A stretch of 64,000 nucleotides of DNA from Thiothrix sp. Lineage in GTDB: Bacteria > Pseudomonadota > Gammaproteobacteria > Thiotrichales > Thiotrichaceae. Shown piece after piece: positions 16,892 through 26,768 of the stretch (positions are counted from its first letter, which is position 1; each line of letters starts with the position of its first letter). The notes below the pieces were generated by a model that searched no databases, was not told the origin of the DNA, and saw only the letters and a program-made list of their open reading frames with translations. Where the stretch lies: assembly GCA_008015155.1 (NCBI GenBank), contig SSFA01000010.1:9191-73190 (forward strand), written 5' to 3'. The position numbers were made by a program, and so were the translations under genes.

Positions 16892-17932
16892 ATGCGCGTT
16901 TTAGCTATTTGTCTGCTGAGTTTGTGGTTAAGCAGCACTTACAGTTTTGCTGCTAACCCTAAATCTACTGCCGTACCTTGGGAACAGGTCAGTGATGCTA
17001 TGCCCGAACAGTTGTCAACGCGTTTTGGTCAGCTCAGTTTAAGCAGCACCGGTGACAGTATTGGCAAGAATGAGCTGCTGTTAGCTGGTAAAACTCTGTA
17101 CAGGGGGGATGAGTCTACCTATACGCATCTGTACCAAGTCTTCCAACGCAGCGACTCGGATGTGGTGCTGATTGGGAATAACTGCGGTGGCAGTGCTTGT
17201 AGTTCGGATGTATTAATCTTGGCTATTTTAAAAAAGAACGCAGCTCCAAAGCTGATCGAAGATCCATTTTTGGATGCCTATCCGCATGAAATTAAATTTC
17301 ACCAAGCGGGTGACACACTGAGTTTTAACCTCGGTTACGCTGAAGGGAAACTAAAAATCGCTGTATTAACTCCTGATAATAGTTTAAGCACTCGCTTAGA
17401 GCTTTTGCCCGCACAGGCTTTGAGTGAGGAGCATTGTAAGTGGTTATATGAAGATGCCCTAGAAGCCTGTGTGAGTGCTCGCGGGGAGGATACTGAGTGT
17501 ACTGAACCGGAAACGACCTTTACCGGTGTGTATATGCGTGGACTGGCTGCGATGAGTGACTATCCGGGCTATAAGCACGATGGATTCAAAGCTCAATGCC
17601 GCCAAGCTTGCTTAACTGGGAAAGCGCCCGACTATAGTAGTTTTGGAGTGGCTGTTTGTGCTAAATCCAAAACGGTTAATCCGCTAACAGTACGTTCTAA
17701 AGCTGATCAGGCGCTTTGGTATGAATCTATTGCTAAACCCTTTCTGATTGTCCGTGATCAACCTTCGGTAACTGCGAATAAACTAGGCGCTGTGCCTGAG
17801 GGTGGCAAAGTCAAAGTACTAGAGGCTAAGGTGAAAGCAGATTTTATTAGTGGGCGAAAGGGTGCTTGGGTAAAGATTGAATGGCTAGATAAGACAGGCT
17901 ATGTGTTTGATGGGTTTTTGCAGAAGCTGTAA
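16892..17932 (+). CDS. Secreted Cys-rich protein with a C-terminal SH3b domain
   Basis: It has a signal peptide (MRVLAICLLSLWLSSTYSFA). The C-terminus is SH3b-like (LIVRDQPSVTANKLGAVPEGGKVKVLE...GAWVKIEWLDKTGYVFDGFL). Confidence 0.65.
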   Translation: MRVLAICLLSLWLSSTYSFAANPKSTAVPWEQVSDAMPEQLSTRFGQLSLSSTGDSIGKNELLLAGKTLYRGDESTYTHLYQVFQRSDSDVVLIGNNCGGSACSSDVLILAILKKNAAPKLIEDPFLDAYPHEIKFHQAGDTLSFNLGYAEGKLKIAVLTPDNSLSTRLELLPAQALSEEHCKWLYEDALEACVSARGEDTECTEPETTFTGVYMRGLAAMSDYPGYKHDGFKAQCRQACLTGKAPDYSSFGVAVCAKSKTVNPLTVRSKADQALWYESIAKPFLIVRDQPSVTANKLGAVPEGGKVKVLEAKVKADFISGRKGAWVKIEWLDKTGYVFDGFLQKL

Positions 17933-18049
17933 CCCATAAAGCAATACTGTAAATAATAACGACCGATAGCTATTTTAAGACTCTTGCTAAATGGTTAAAA
18001 TTTGTATAGAAAGTTAAATCGCTTTGTTGAGTGATTTAGGAGTTTAAAT

Positions 18050-18877
18050 ATGCTGTTGTTCAATTCCTATCAGAAAAATCTAACTACATTGTCTTTAGGT
18101 TTAGCTGTTTATTTAGTTTCTTACAGTGCTGCTTATGCTGATTGGCACCTCGTAGGAAACTCTGAAAATGTAGACGTTTATATAGATAGGGTAGAAAAAA
18201 TAGACGATACCAGCATTAAATTCTGGTCTCTCTATACATATAAAGAAAAAGACTCTAAAGGTGCTGCTAGTTCAAAAGAGAAGACTTTAGGCAACTGTAA
18301 AGATCTCAGCTCTTCCGTTACTTATCTAGTGACTTATAGTCAGCGTATGGGCCTAGGGGATGTCGTTGATAGTAAAGAAGTAACACTACCAAGCTTTACG
18401 CCTGTAGTGCCCGACAGTATAGGCGAAACAAGTCTAGTAACGGCTTGTTTGAAAGCTCAAATTCTTAGCCCCGCCATAGAAGTAGCACTCAAGAGTTTTA
18501 CCGAGAAGATAGCTAAAAAGAGTCTCTCAGAGACAGCGGATAAACCAACAGAGAGTACTTTGAAAGCAAGTGATCTACCAACGGCTGCTCCTAAGATAGA
18601 TCAAATAACTGTACCAACTATATCAGCAGCTGATAGCTCAGAAGGTAAGTTCAAAGTAAGTGTTAAATCAATTCAAGCTAATGTGCGTGAGCTGCCAGAT
18701 ATAGCGAGTAAAGTTTTGGGCACTGTCAACAGTGGCACAATTCTGATAGCACTCAACTTTTCTGGAAATTACTACCAAGTTGTAACTTCGGTAGGTAAAG
18801 GTTTTATTCATAAATCGACAGTGGAATTAGTTCCTTTGGATAAACAAGAAACCACTAAAGAAGGTACTGCAATCTAA
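18050..18877 (+). CDS. Secreted protein with a C-terminal SH3b domain
   Basis: The N-terminus is hydrophobic and signal-like (LSLGLAVYLVSYSAAYA). The C-terminus is SH3b-like (IQANVRELPDIASKVLGTVNSGTILIAL...YYQVVTSVGKGFIHKSTV). Confidence 0.6.
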   Translation: MLLFNSYQKNLTTLSLGLAVYLVSYSAAYADWHLVGNSENVDVYIDRVEKIDDTSIKFWSLYTYKEKDSKGAASSKEKTLGNCKDLSSSVTYLVTYSQRMGLGDVVDSKEVTLPSFTPVVPDSIGETSLVTACLKAQILSPAIEVALKSFTEKIAKKSLSETADKPTESTLKASDLPTAAPKIDQITVPTISAADSSEGKFKVSVKSIQANVRELPDIASKVLGTVNSGTILIALNFSGNYYQVVTSVGKGFIHKSTVELVPLDKQETTKEGTAI

Positions 18878-18887
18878 GTATTTGAAT

Positions 18888-20079
18888 TAGTCTCGACTTA
18901 ATCTGACACATCGCCTTGAAAAGGTGAGAGTTACCCGTTTTGATTGTGGGTGTCGAATCCTTAATCAAAACCTAAGAGGTAACTCTCATGCTTCATAGTC
19001 ACTATCCAATCATCAAACACAAGACCGGTTTACTCAATCTGGCAGAGGAACTGAGTAATGTTTCCAGAGCCTGCAAAGTGATGGGTGTGTCTCGTGATAC
19101 GTTTTATCGTTATCGCGAATTAGTGAACCATGGCGGTGTGGAGGCGCTGATCGAAAAGAGTCGCAGACGTCCCAATCTCAAGAACCGTGTCGAAGAAACG
19201 GTTGAGCAGGCCGTGAGGGATTACGCGATTGCCTTTCCGGCTCATGGTCAGCACAGAACCAGCAATGAACTGCGTAAAAAAGGCGTGTTTGTGTCTGGCA
19301 GTGGCGTCCGCTCAATTTGGTTGCGACATGATCTAGAGAACTTTAAAAAGCGCCTGAAAGCCTTAGAAGCCAAAGTGGCCCGCGATGGTATTCAGCTTAC
19401 TGATGAACAGATTGCGGCACTTGAGCGCAAAAAACACGACGATGAAGCCTGTGGTGAGATTGAAACCGCGCATCCTGGTTATCTTGGATCGCAAGACACG
19501 TTTTATGTCGGAAACCTCAAGGGCGTGGGTCGTCTCTATCAGCAAACATATGTCGATACGTACAGCAAAGTCGCGCACTGCAAGCTCTATACGACGAAAA
19601 CACCGATCACCGCAGCAGACTTACTGAACGACAAAGTATTGCCGTTTTATGAGTCACAGCAGTTGCCAGTGCTGCGTATTTTAACGGACCGGGGCACCGA
19701 GTATTGCGGCAAGGTCGAGCACCATGATTACCAGCTTTATCTGGCGATTAATGATATCGACCACACGAAAACCAAAGCAATGTCGCCGCAAACCAATGGC
19801 ATCTGTGAGCGGTTCCATAAAACCATCCTGAGCGAATTTTATCAGGTGACTTTCCGCAAAAAGTTGTATCAAACGCTGGAGGAGCTACAAAAAGATCTGG
19901 ACGAATGGCTGTCTTACTACAACAATGAACGAACTCATCAGGGCAAAATGTGTAACGGTAGAACGCCTGTTGAAACCTTGCTTGATGGGAAGCGGATTTG
20001 GGCGGAAAAAAATCTGACTCAAATCTAATCGGACAGACACCCGCACAAAACGGGGAGCTGTCAGATAAAGTCTGAGCTA
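18888..20079 (+). mobile_element. IS481-family insertion sequence
   Basis: It holds a single DDE transposase ORF. The terminal inverted repeats are imperfect: tagtctcgacttaatctgaca (18888-18908) against the reverse complement of 20059-20079 (tagctcagactttatctgaca), 16 of 21 matches. An inner cccgttttg...gggtgtc match is found on both sides. The exact ends are uncertain by a few nt. Confidence 0.7.
18988..20028 (+). CDS. IS481-family transposase (rve/DDE integrase core)
   Basis: This 346-aa ORF has an N-terminal HTH (VSRACKVMGVSRDTFYRYRE). The DDE context is LGSQDTFYVG, ILTDRGTEYCG and SPQTNGICERFHKT. Confidence 0.9.
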   Translation: MLHSHYPIIKHKTGLLNLAEELSNVSRACKVMGVSRDTFYRYRELVNHGGVEALIEKSRRRPNLKNRVEETVEQAVRDYAIAFPAHGQHRTSNELRKKGVFVSGSGVRSIWLRHDLENFKKRLKALEAKVARDGIQLTDEQIAALERKKHDDEACGEIETAHPGYLGSQDTFYVGNLKGVGRLYQQTYVDTYSKVAHCKLYTTKTPITAADLLNDKVLPFYESQQLPVLRILTDRGTEYCGKVEHHDYQLYLAINDIDHTKTKAMSPQTNGICERFHKTILSEFYQVTFRKKLYQTLEELQKDLDEWLSYYNNERTHQGKMCNGRTPVETLLDGKRIWAEKNLTQI

Positions 20080-20107
20080 GTACAAAGTATTTAATTGGGG
20101 GAGATAT

Positions 20108-23100
20108 TTATAATCTGATCTCTCCCATCAACTTCACTACCCATTCTTCGCGCTTTTCCACAGTATCTAACTCCATCTCAAAGCGTAATTTATCCTGCCC
20201 ATCTAATTTAAACATCCACGGGCGTTTTTGAATGAGTTGAATCACTTTCATTGGATCAATATTGGGTTTACTATCGAAAATAATCCGTCCACCTTTCGCG
20301 GTCATATCGAGTTTACGCACGCCTAAATCTTGGGCGATTAATTTAACACGGGTCACGCTAAAGAGTGTTTTAACCTGCTCAGGTAATAAACCGAAGCGGT
20401 CGATCATTTCAACTCTTAATTCGTCTAAAGCTTCCTGATTCGCAGCACTCGCAATGCGTTTATACAGAATCAAGCGGCTATGCACATCCGGTAAATAATC
20501 ATCAGGAATAAGTGCTGGCGCACCCAATTCAACGGTGGTACGGCTTTGAGTGCGTGGGTCAAGGTCTGGTGTTTTCCCAGATTTTAAAGCTTTAACTGCC
20601 CGCTCTAATAAATCGTTATACAGATTAAAGCCGATTTCTTGAATTTGCCCGCTTTGATCTTCGCCAAGTAATTCACCAGCACCGCGAATTTCTAAATCGT
20701 GAGTGGCTAGAGTAAAACCGACGCCTAATTCTTCTAAAGATTCAATGGCTTCTAAGCGCTTGACAGCATCTTGGGTGAGGAGCTTTTTCGGTGGCGTAAT
20801 CAAATAGGCATAAGCGCGGTGATGTGAGCGTCCGACCCGTCCCCGTAGCTGATGTAGCTGGGCTAAGCCGAGTTTATCAGCCCGATTGATAATGATGGTG
20901 TTGGCGGTGGGAACGTCGATCCCACTTTCAATAATGGTAGTCGCGACTAGAATCTGAAAGCGTTGATGGTAAAAGTCACTCATAATGCTTTCGAGTTCAC
21001 GCTCGCGCATTTGCCCGTGAGCAAAGCGTACTTCTACATTGGGCAGCAGCTCGCTTAATTCTTCAGTGATGCGCCCAATGGTTTTGACTTCATTATGTAA
21101 AACATAAGCCTGGCCACCACGAGCTAGTTCACGCGCACAGGCTTCTTGAATGGTGGTTTTGTTCCATTCGGTCACGAAGGTTTTAATCGCATGCCGCTGG
21201 GTTGGTGGGGTCGCAATAATCGATAAGTCGCGTAAACCCGATAGGGACATATTCAAAGTACGTGGAATCGGGGTTGCGGTCATGGTGAGCATATCGACAT
21301 TAGCCCGCAGCTTTTTCATCTGCTCTTTATCGCGTACCCCGAAGCGGTGTTCCTCATCAATGATCACTAAGCCGAGGTTTTTGAAAACCACATCGTCCTG
21401 TAAGAGTTTATGCGTGCCGATCACTATATCAATGGTGCCAGCGGCTAATGCATCTAAGGCTTTGGAGCTTTCTTTGCCAGTTTTAAACCGAGATAAAGAT
21501 TCAATGCGGAACGGCCAATCAGCAAAACGGTCACGGAAGTTATTTAAATGTTGTTCAACCAATAAGGTAGTCGGTGCAATCATAGCCACCTGTTTACCGG
21601 CATTGGCTGCCACAAAAGCCGCCCGCATCGCGACTTCAGTTTTACCAAAGCCAACATCCCCGCATACCACCCGATCCATTGGTTGAGCAGAACGCATATC
21701 CTTGATGACGTTTTCAATCGCCAAGGCTTGGTCTGGCGTTTCCTCAAACGGGAAAGCGCCCGCAAACAAGCGATAATCATTTTCATCAAAGGGGAAACTA
21801 TGACCTTTTTGCGCTGCCCGCCGTGCATGAATATCTAAAAGTTCAGCGGCAACATCGCGCGCTTTTTCGGCTGCTTTACTCCTGGCCTTTTCCCATTGAT
21901 CAGTACCGAGTCGATGTAAGGGGGCATGATCAGGATCAGCGCCCGTGTAGCGACTGACTAAATGTAAAGAGGCGACTGGAACATAGAGTCGATCATTATT
22001 TGCATATTCAATCAGCAAGTATTCGGCTTCAACCCCACCGGTGGTAACCATCTGTAAGCCAAGATAACGTCCAACCCCATGCTCCTCATGAACAACGGGT
22101 GCACCTTCGGTTAAATCAGTTAGATTGCGAATAATCGCATCCGCATCACGGGTCGCTTTTTTGCGGCGGCGTTGTTGTTGAATTTGTACGCCATGCAGAA
22201 GATTCTCGGGAATAACGGCAATTCGCGCATCCGGTAACCAAAAACCTTGTTCAAGCGGTGCCACCGTGACTGCCATTTCCGCTTTGCCTTGGACAAAGGC
22301 TTGCCAGCTTTCTACCGTTTGTAACGAAAGCGACTGGTCGCGTAGCAGCTCAATGAAAGCTTCACGTCTTCCGGCTGATTCTGCAGTAAAGAGGACTCGA
22401 CCTTTTAAATCTTTAAGGAATTGCAGTAGCAAAAATAGGGGCTGTTCATGGCGTGGATGAATCAGCAGAGAGGGTAGGGCAGCAGTCGCATAGTTCTGAC
22501 CTTCACCCTCTAATTTAAAGCTTTGTACTTCAATGCTGCGATATTCACGAATAAAGCTTTGCAGTAAATCAGCTGTTAGAAAGATTTTTTCAGGTGGTAA
22601 TAATGGCCGCTCGATGTCGTGGCGGCGTTGTTCATAGCGATTCTGTAAAGATTGCCAAAATTGCTCCACGGCAGTGGGCAAGCCATCTTCAAGAATAACT
22701 AAGGTTTTCGCGGGTAAATAATCAAATAAAGTAGCGGTGGTTTCAAAGAAGAGGGGTAAATAATATTCAATACCAGCAGGTGGCTTGCCGTGACTAACCG
22801 CTTCATAAATTCGACTGCGATGGAGATCGCCTTCTACCTGCTGACGATAATTCGAGCGAAATAATTTGATCCCAGCTTCATCCAAGGGAAATTCACGCGC
22901 AGGCAGGAGTTCTACTTGCTTAAAAGTATCTTCTGTACGTTGGGTTTCAGTCGAAAAACTCCGAATCGAATCGATTTCATCATCAAATAAATCAATCCGA
23001 TAAGGCAGGCTACTGCCCATTGGAAATAAATCCACTAAAGCGCCACGAGTTGCATATTCGCCATGTTGCATGACTTGGCTGACATGTTGATAGCCGGCTT

Positions 23101-23566
23101 TATCCAAATGTTTACGGAAGCTATCAATGTCTAATTTCATACCTGCTTTCAGGAGCAGACTATGGCCTTGCACATAATGAGTAGGTGCTAAGCGCTGCAA
23201 TAAAGTAGCTACCGGCACAATTAAAATCCCCTGCTGAAGCGTGGGCAGGCGTGCGAGGATTTTTAAGCGCTCAGAAATAATATCTTCATGTGGGGAGAAA
23301 ATATCGTAAGGCAGAGTTTCCCAATCAGGAAAAATGTGCACCGATAATTCGGGCGCAAAAAAGCGTAAGGCTTCCTCCATTTGATAAGCTTGATGGGTGT
23401 CACTCGTCACTAGCAGCACAAAGCCTTTATATTCGCTAGCTGTTTGCGCGATTAACGCTTCCGATGCATTACCATAAAGCTGCCCCCAACGAATACTACC
23501 TTGTTTGGGAGGTGGATAAGCAGGTTGTAAAGTTTGTAGAGACGAGGCAGTGCTTGCTACGGCCAT
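20108..23566 (-). CDS. mfd: Transcription-repair coupling factor
   Basis: This 1152-aa ORF has helicase motif I (CGDVGFGKTEVAMRAA), DEEHRFGV, the superfamily-2 motifs and the C-terminal TRG/D7 region typical of Mfd. Confidence 0.97.
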   Translation of the reverse strand: MAVASTASSLQTLQPAYPPPKQGSIRWGQLYGNASEALIAQTASEYKGFVLLVTSDTHQAYQMEEALRFFAPELSVHIFPDWETLPYDIFSPHEDIISERLKILARLPTLQQGILIVPVATLLQRLAPTHYVQGHSLLLKAGMKLDIDSFRKHLDKAGYQHVSQVMQHGEYATRGALVDLFPMGSSLPYRIDLFDDEIDSIRSFSTETQRTEDTFKQVELLPAREFPLDEAGIKLFRSNYRQQVEGDLHRSRIYEAVSHGKPPAGIEYYLPLFFETTATLFDYLPAKTLVILEDGLPTAVEQFWQSLQNRYEQRRHDIERPLLPPEKIFLTADLLQSFIREYRSIEVQSFKLEGEGQNYATAALPSLLIHPRHEQPLFLLLQFLKDLKGRVLFTAESAGRREAFIELLRDQSLSLQTVESWQAFVQGKAEMAVTVAPLEQGFWLPDARIAVIPENLLHGVQIQQQRRRKKATRDADAIIRNLTDLTEGAPVVHEEHGVGRYLGLQMVTTGGVEAEYLLIEYANNDRLYVPVASLHLVSRYTGADPDHAPLHRLGTDQWEKARSKAAEKARDVAAELLDIHARRAAQKGHSFPFDENDYRLFAGAFPFEETPDQALAIENVIKDMRSAQPMDRVVCGDVGFGKTEVAMRAAFVAANAGKQVAMIAPTTLLVEQHLNNFRDRFADWPFRIESLSRFKTGKESSKALDALAAGTIDIVIGTHKLLQDDVVFKNLGLVIIDEEHRFGVRDKEQMKKLRANVDMLTMTATPIPRTLNMSLSGLRDLSIIATPPTQRHAIKTFVTEWNKTTIQEACARELARGGQAYVLHNEVKTIGRITEELSELLPNVEVRFAHGQMRERELESIMSDFYHQRFQILVATTIIESGIDVPTANTIIINRADKLGLAQLHQLRGRVGRSHHRAYAYLITPPKKLLTQDAVKRLEAIESLEELGVGFTLATHDLEIRGAGELLGEDQSGQIQEIGFNLYNDLLERAVKALKSGKTPDLDPRTQSRTTVELGAPALIPDDYLPDVHSRLILYKRIASAANQEALDELRVEMIDRFGLLPEQVKTLFSVTRVKLIAQDLGVRKLDMTAKGGRIIFDSKPNIDPMKVIQLIQKRPWMFKLDGQDKLRFEMELDTVEKREEWVVKLMGEIRL

Positions 23567-23665
23567 AATATGCTTGTGGGGTAATCGAAAACGCCGGCAT
23601 TGTACCTGAAACTGGCAATAGCTTGCATATAGCTGTATTGCCAGTTGGTTTTTAAGCGGTTTTAC

Positions 23666-24988
23666 TTAGCGCGTGAACAATTTCTGAGGGACGCTGCTAA
23701 AGGTATTGATACGTTGTTTGAGCGTGTCGAGTTGCTCATTAGTGAGCAGCTCCATCACGGAATCGCGCGATTCAATCGCATGACGTTGGCCTTGGGCAGC
23801 CGCTAGCGATAACCAATACGCCGCTTCCATTAGGTTTTTCTCAATGCCAACACCATTCGCTAAATAAGCACCTAAGCCATATTGTGCTAGTGCATGATTG
23901 GATTGTGCCGCTTTCTTAATCCAATGGACGGATTGTTCATGGCTCATTTCCACGCCTTGGCCTTTAGCAAACATCAGAGATAGTTGATATTGTGCTTCTG
24001 GATAGCCATTTTCAGCAGCTTCTAAGTACAACTGATAGGCTTTAGCGTAATCAATCCCTAAAAACTTACCGGTAGTTAGCATATTCCCTAATAAGGTTTG
24101 GGCAGCGGGATTGCCTTGCTTGGCTGACGCCTGAATGAGCTTAAGCGCTTTATCTGTGTCTTGTTTAACGCCAGAGCCGAATAAATATTTATTACCTAAA
24201 TTGAATTGCGCACCCGCTTCACCTTGTTTGGCTGCTTTTTCATACCATTCAATAGCTAATGCCAGATTTTGTTTAACGCCGCTCCCTTGTTCATACATAA
24301 GACCGGTATTGAACTGTGCTGCCGCATCCCCCTGATCAGCTGCTTTTTGAAACCATTCAAAGGCTTGCTGGTAATCCGCTTTGACACCTTCACCCTGTAG
24401 GTATTTCACACCTAAAATGTATTCAGAGCCACGATGTCCATTACGAGCTGCCTTGGTTAACCACTTGAAACTTTGATCTGCTAACTTAGGATCAGTTTTA
24501 GCTTCTTTAGCTAAAAGCATAGCAAAACTATATTGAGCTTCGCCGTCATCCTGTTGGGCGGCTTGTTCTAACCAATACAAGCCCTTTTGGGGATCGTAGG
24601 CTGGCGTATTATCTCGCAAAAGCAAGGCACTGAGATTAAATTGAGATTCTAGATGACCTTGCTTGGCTGCTTTTTCATAAAAATCGACTGCTTTGAAGTA
24701 ATCGCGCTCTACTTCATCAACACCATATTCATAATAAAAACCAAGCTGGTAGAGAGCCTGTGGATATTGTTGTGCCGCTGCCAGTTTCAACCATTTTAGC
24801 CCAGTGGAGAAATCAGCTTGGGTATTTTGCCCTTCAATAAGATTAATCGCAGTTTTAAATTGCTCAGCTGGGTTGTATAGTGACCCTAGTTCCGGTGTGT
24901 TACTAGCCTTAACAGAGTGCATAGCCAAAGCACTCAGGCAAGCAAAGCCTATAGTTATTAAGAATTGTTGAGGTTTTTTATTGTACAT
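23666..24988 (-). CDS. Secreted Sel1-like repeat (SLR) protein
   Basis: About ten repeats follow the pattern A..W..KAA.QG...AQ..LG..Y..G.GV..D. The probable start is ATG 24988 (MYNKKPQQFLITIGFACLSALAMHSVKA, a signal peptide). Confidence 0.8.
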   Translation of the reverse strand: MYNKKPQQFLITIGFACLSALAMHSVKASNTPELGSLYNPAEQFKTAINLIEGQNTQADFSTGLKWLKLAAAQQYPQALYQLGFYYEYGVDEVERDYFKAVDFYEKAAKQGHLESQFNLSALLLRDNTPAYDPQKGLYWLEQAAQQDDGEAQYSFAMLLAKEAKTDPKLADQSFKWLTKAARNGHRGSEYILGVKYLQGEGVKADYQQAFEWFQKAADQGDAAAQFNTGLMYEQGSGVKQNLALAIEWYEKAAKQGEAGAQFNLGNKYLFGSGVKQDTDKALKLIQASAKQGNPAAQTLLGNMLTTGKFLGIDYAKAYQLYLEAAENGYPEAQYQLSLMFAKGQGVEMSHEQSVHWIKKAAQSNHALAQYGLGAYLANGVGIEKNLMEAAYWLSLAAAQGQRHAIESRDSVMELLTNEQLDTLKQRINTFSSVPQKLFTR

Positions 24989-25174
24989 GTTTAAGCCCTG
25001 AGTTGAGGATCCAAGTGGCAGTGCACTGGGCATAGAGGTGTCTAGAAAATAAAGCAAATACCCTGTCAAACGAACCTATAAACAGCATATCATAAGTCTA
25101 TTCAATAAATGTACAAAATAAGGCGATTAATTAGTAAGTTACCGTTAAGTTTTGCATCAAGGAGATAGAGCTGC

Positions 25175-25882
25175 GTGAAGGATCAAATAATTGATTTAAA
25201 AGGGGAAATGTCTCTACTGACAGTGCTTGTTCTTTATTCAACGGATATGCACGCAATTGGTGCAGCACTAGAGGCCAAGGGGCAACAGGCAAGTCATTTT
25301 TTAGAACGTAGTCCGATTATCCTTGATTGTCAGCTTTTAGGTGAGGCTGGGCTTGCACTCGACTTTGTAGAGCTTAAACTTCAAGTTAGCAAGCTTGGGT
25401 TTGTGCCGGTTGGTTTACGGAATTTATGGGTAGATGCTGAAGCTAAAGCGCTAGAGGCAGGGTGGGCATTATTGCGTCCTAGCAAACAGCAGCCAGTGGC
25501 TAATACCCCCGCTGTCACTGAAGTTAACTTAACCCCAGTAAGCCCTGAGGCTGTACAGCGTCTTTTAGTTTTAGATCGGCCAGTACGTTCAGGACAACAA
25601 GTCTATTGTCCACAAGGTGATATTGTCGTTCTCCAACATACCAGTGCCGGCTCAGAGCTACTCGCGGGTGGCTCAGTGCATGTCTATGGTGCTTTACGTG
25701 GTCGGGTATTAGCGGGTGTTCAAGGCGATACTCAAGCACGGATTTTTTGCGAACGCCTAGAGGCAGAATTAATAGCAATTGCAGGACGTTATCGTCTATT
25801 AGATGAGATTGAATCTAATCTGAAGGGGCAGTCAGTCATGATTTATTTGGATCAAGAGAAACTGAAAATCGTGCCGATTTGA
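25175..25882 (+). CDS. minC: Septum site-determining protein MinC
   Basis: The C-terminal beta-helix motif is present (RSGQQVY..GDIVVL..TSAGSELLAGGSVHVYGALRGRVLAG). It lies upstream of minD-minE. It uses a GTG start with AAGGAG upstream. Confidence 0.9.
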   Translation: MKDQIIDLKGEMSLLTVLVLYSTDMHAIGAALEAKGQQASHFLERSPIILDCQLLGEAGLALDFVELKLQVSKLGFVPVGLRNLWVDAEAKALEAGWALLRPSKQQPVANTPAVTEVNLTPVSPEAVQRLLVLDRPVRSGQQVYCPQGDIVVLQHTSAGSELLAGGSVHVYGALRGRVLAGVQGDTQARIFCERLEAELIAIAGRYRLLDEIESNLKGQSVMIYLDQEKLKIVPI

Positions 25883-25952
25883 TTGGCATGGCTTAGGTTT
25901 AGCTTTATAGTCCGACTGTGCCGCACGGCTTGTTGAATCAAGGAGTAAGAAA

Positions 25953-26762
25953 TTGAGCAGGATTGTTGTTGTAACTTCTGGCAAAGGTGGAGTCGGCAAG
26001 ACGACTACCAGCGCTGCCTTCGCAACTGGACTTGCATTGAAGGGTTACAAGACAGCGGTCATTGATTTCGACGTTGGTTTGCGTAATCTTGATTTGATTA
26101 TGGGCTGTGAACGGCGGGTGGTTTATGATTTTATCAATGTCATTAGTGGTGAAGCTAATATTAAGCAAGCCCTGATTAAAGATAAGCGGAGTGATAATTT
26201 ATTCATTCTTCCCGCCTCCCAAACTCGTGATAAAGACTCTCTCACTCAAGAAGGAGTAGAGCAGGTTCTAAAAGACTTAAGCGAGGATGGCTTTGATTTT
26301 ATTATTTGTGATTCGCCAGCGGGTATTGAGCGTGGTGCTGCTTTAGCCATGCACTTTGCAGATGATGCCATCATCGTGACGAATCCTGAAGTTTCTTCAG
26401 TGCGCGACTCAGATCGGATTTTAGGTTTATTGCAAAGCCGTACTTTAAAAGCTGAGCGTGGTGAAAGCATTCGTGAGCATTTGCTAATTACCCGTTATTC
26501 ACCTACGCGCGTTGCGAGTGGCGATATGCTGGCGATGGAGGATATTTTAGAGATATTAGCGGTTCCTCTAATTGGTGTTATTCCGGAGTCAGGCTCGGTA
26601 TTGCAAGCTTCCAATAGTGGTGTGCCAGTCATTTTGGATAAGGAAAGCACGGCTGGCCAAGCTTATGATGATTTTGTTAGACGCTTCTTAGGCGAAACTG
26701 TGCCGCATCGTTTCCTCGAAGTTGAGAAAAAAGGACTTTTCAAACGACTGTTCGGAGGATAA
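25953..26762 (+). CDS. minD: Septum site-determining ATPase MinD
   Basis: It has the deviant Walker A RIVVVTSGKGGVGKTT and a C-terminal amphipathic helix (KKGLFKRLFGG). It uses a TTG start 7 nt after AAGGAG. Confidence 0.96.
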   Translation: MSRIVVVTSGKGGVGKTTTSAAFATGLALKGYKTAVIDFDVGLRNLDLIMGCERRVVYDFINVISGEANIKQALIKDKRSDNLFILPASQTRDKDSLTQEGVEQVLKDLSEDGFDFIICDSPAGIERGAALAMHFADDAIIVTNPEVSSVRDSDRILGLLQSRTLKAERGESIREHLLITRYSPTRVASGDMLAMEDILEILAVPLIGVIPESGSVLQASNSGVPVILDKESTAGQAYDDFVRRFLGETVPHRFLEVEKKGLFKRLFGG

Positions 26763-26768
26763 AAACTC

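Noticed and set aside
21150-21686. A 178-aa plus-strand ORF lies inside mfd. There are similar antisense ORFs in amtB (31774-32232), pnp, rmuC, the GDH-like gene and bamA.
   Set aside because: All lie wholly inside well-supported conserved genes on the opposite strand and carry no recognisable motifs.
23611-23645. A hairpin actggcaata...tattgccagt lies between the Sel1-repeat gene stop and the mfd start.
   Set aside because: It is probably a terminator for the Sel1-repeat gene. The better T-run (tggttttt) is on the plus strand, where no gene ends, and the minus-strand U-run is only 3 nt. I therefore did not list it as a confident feature.
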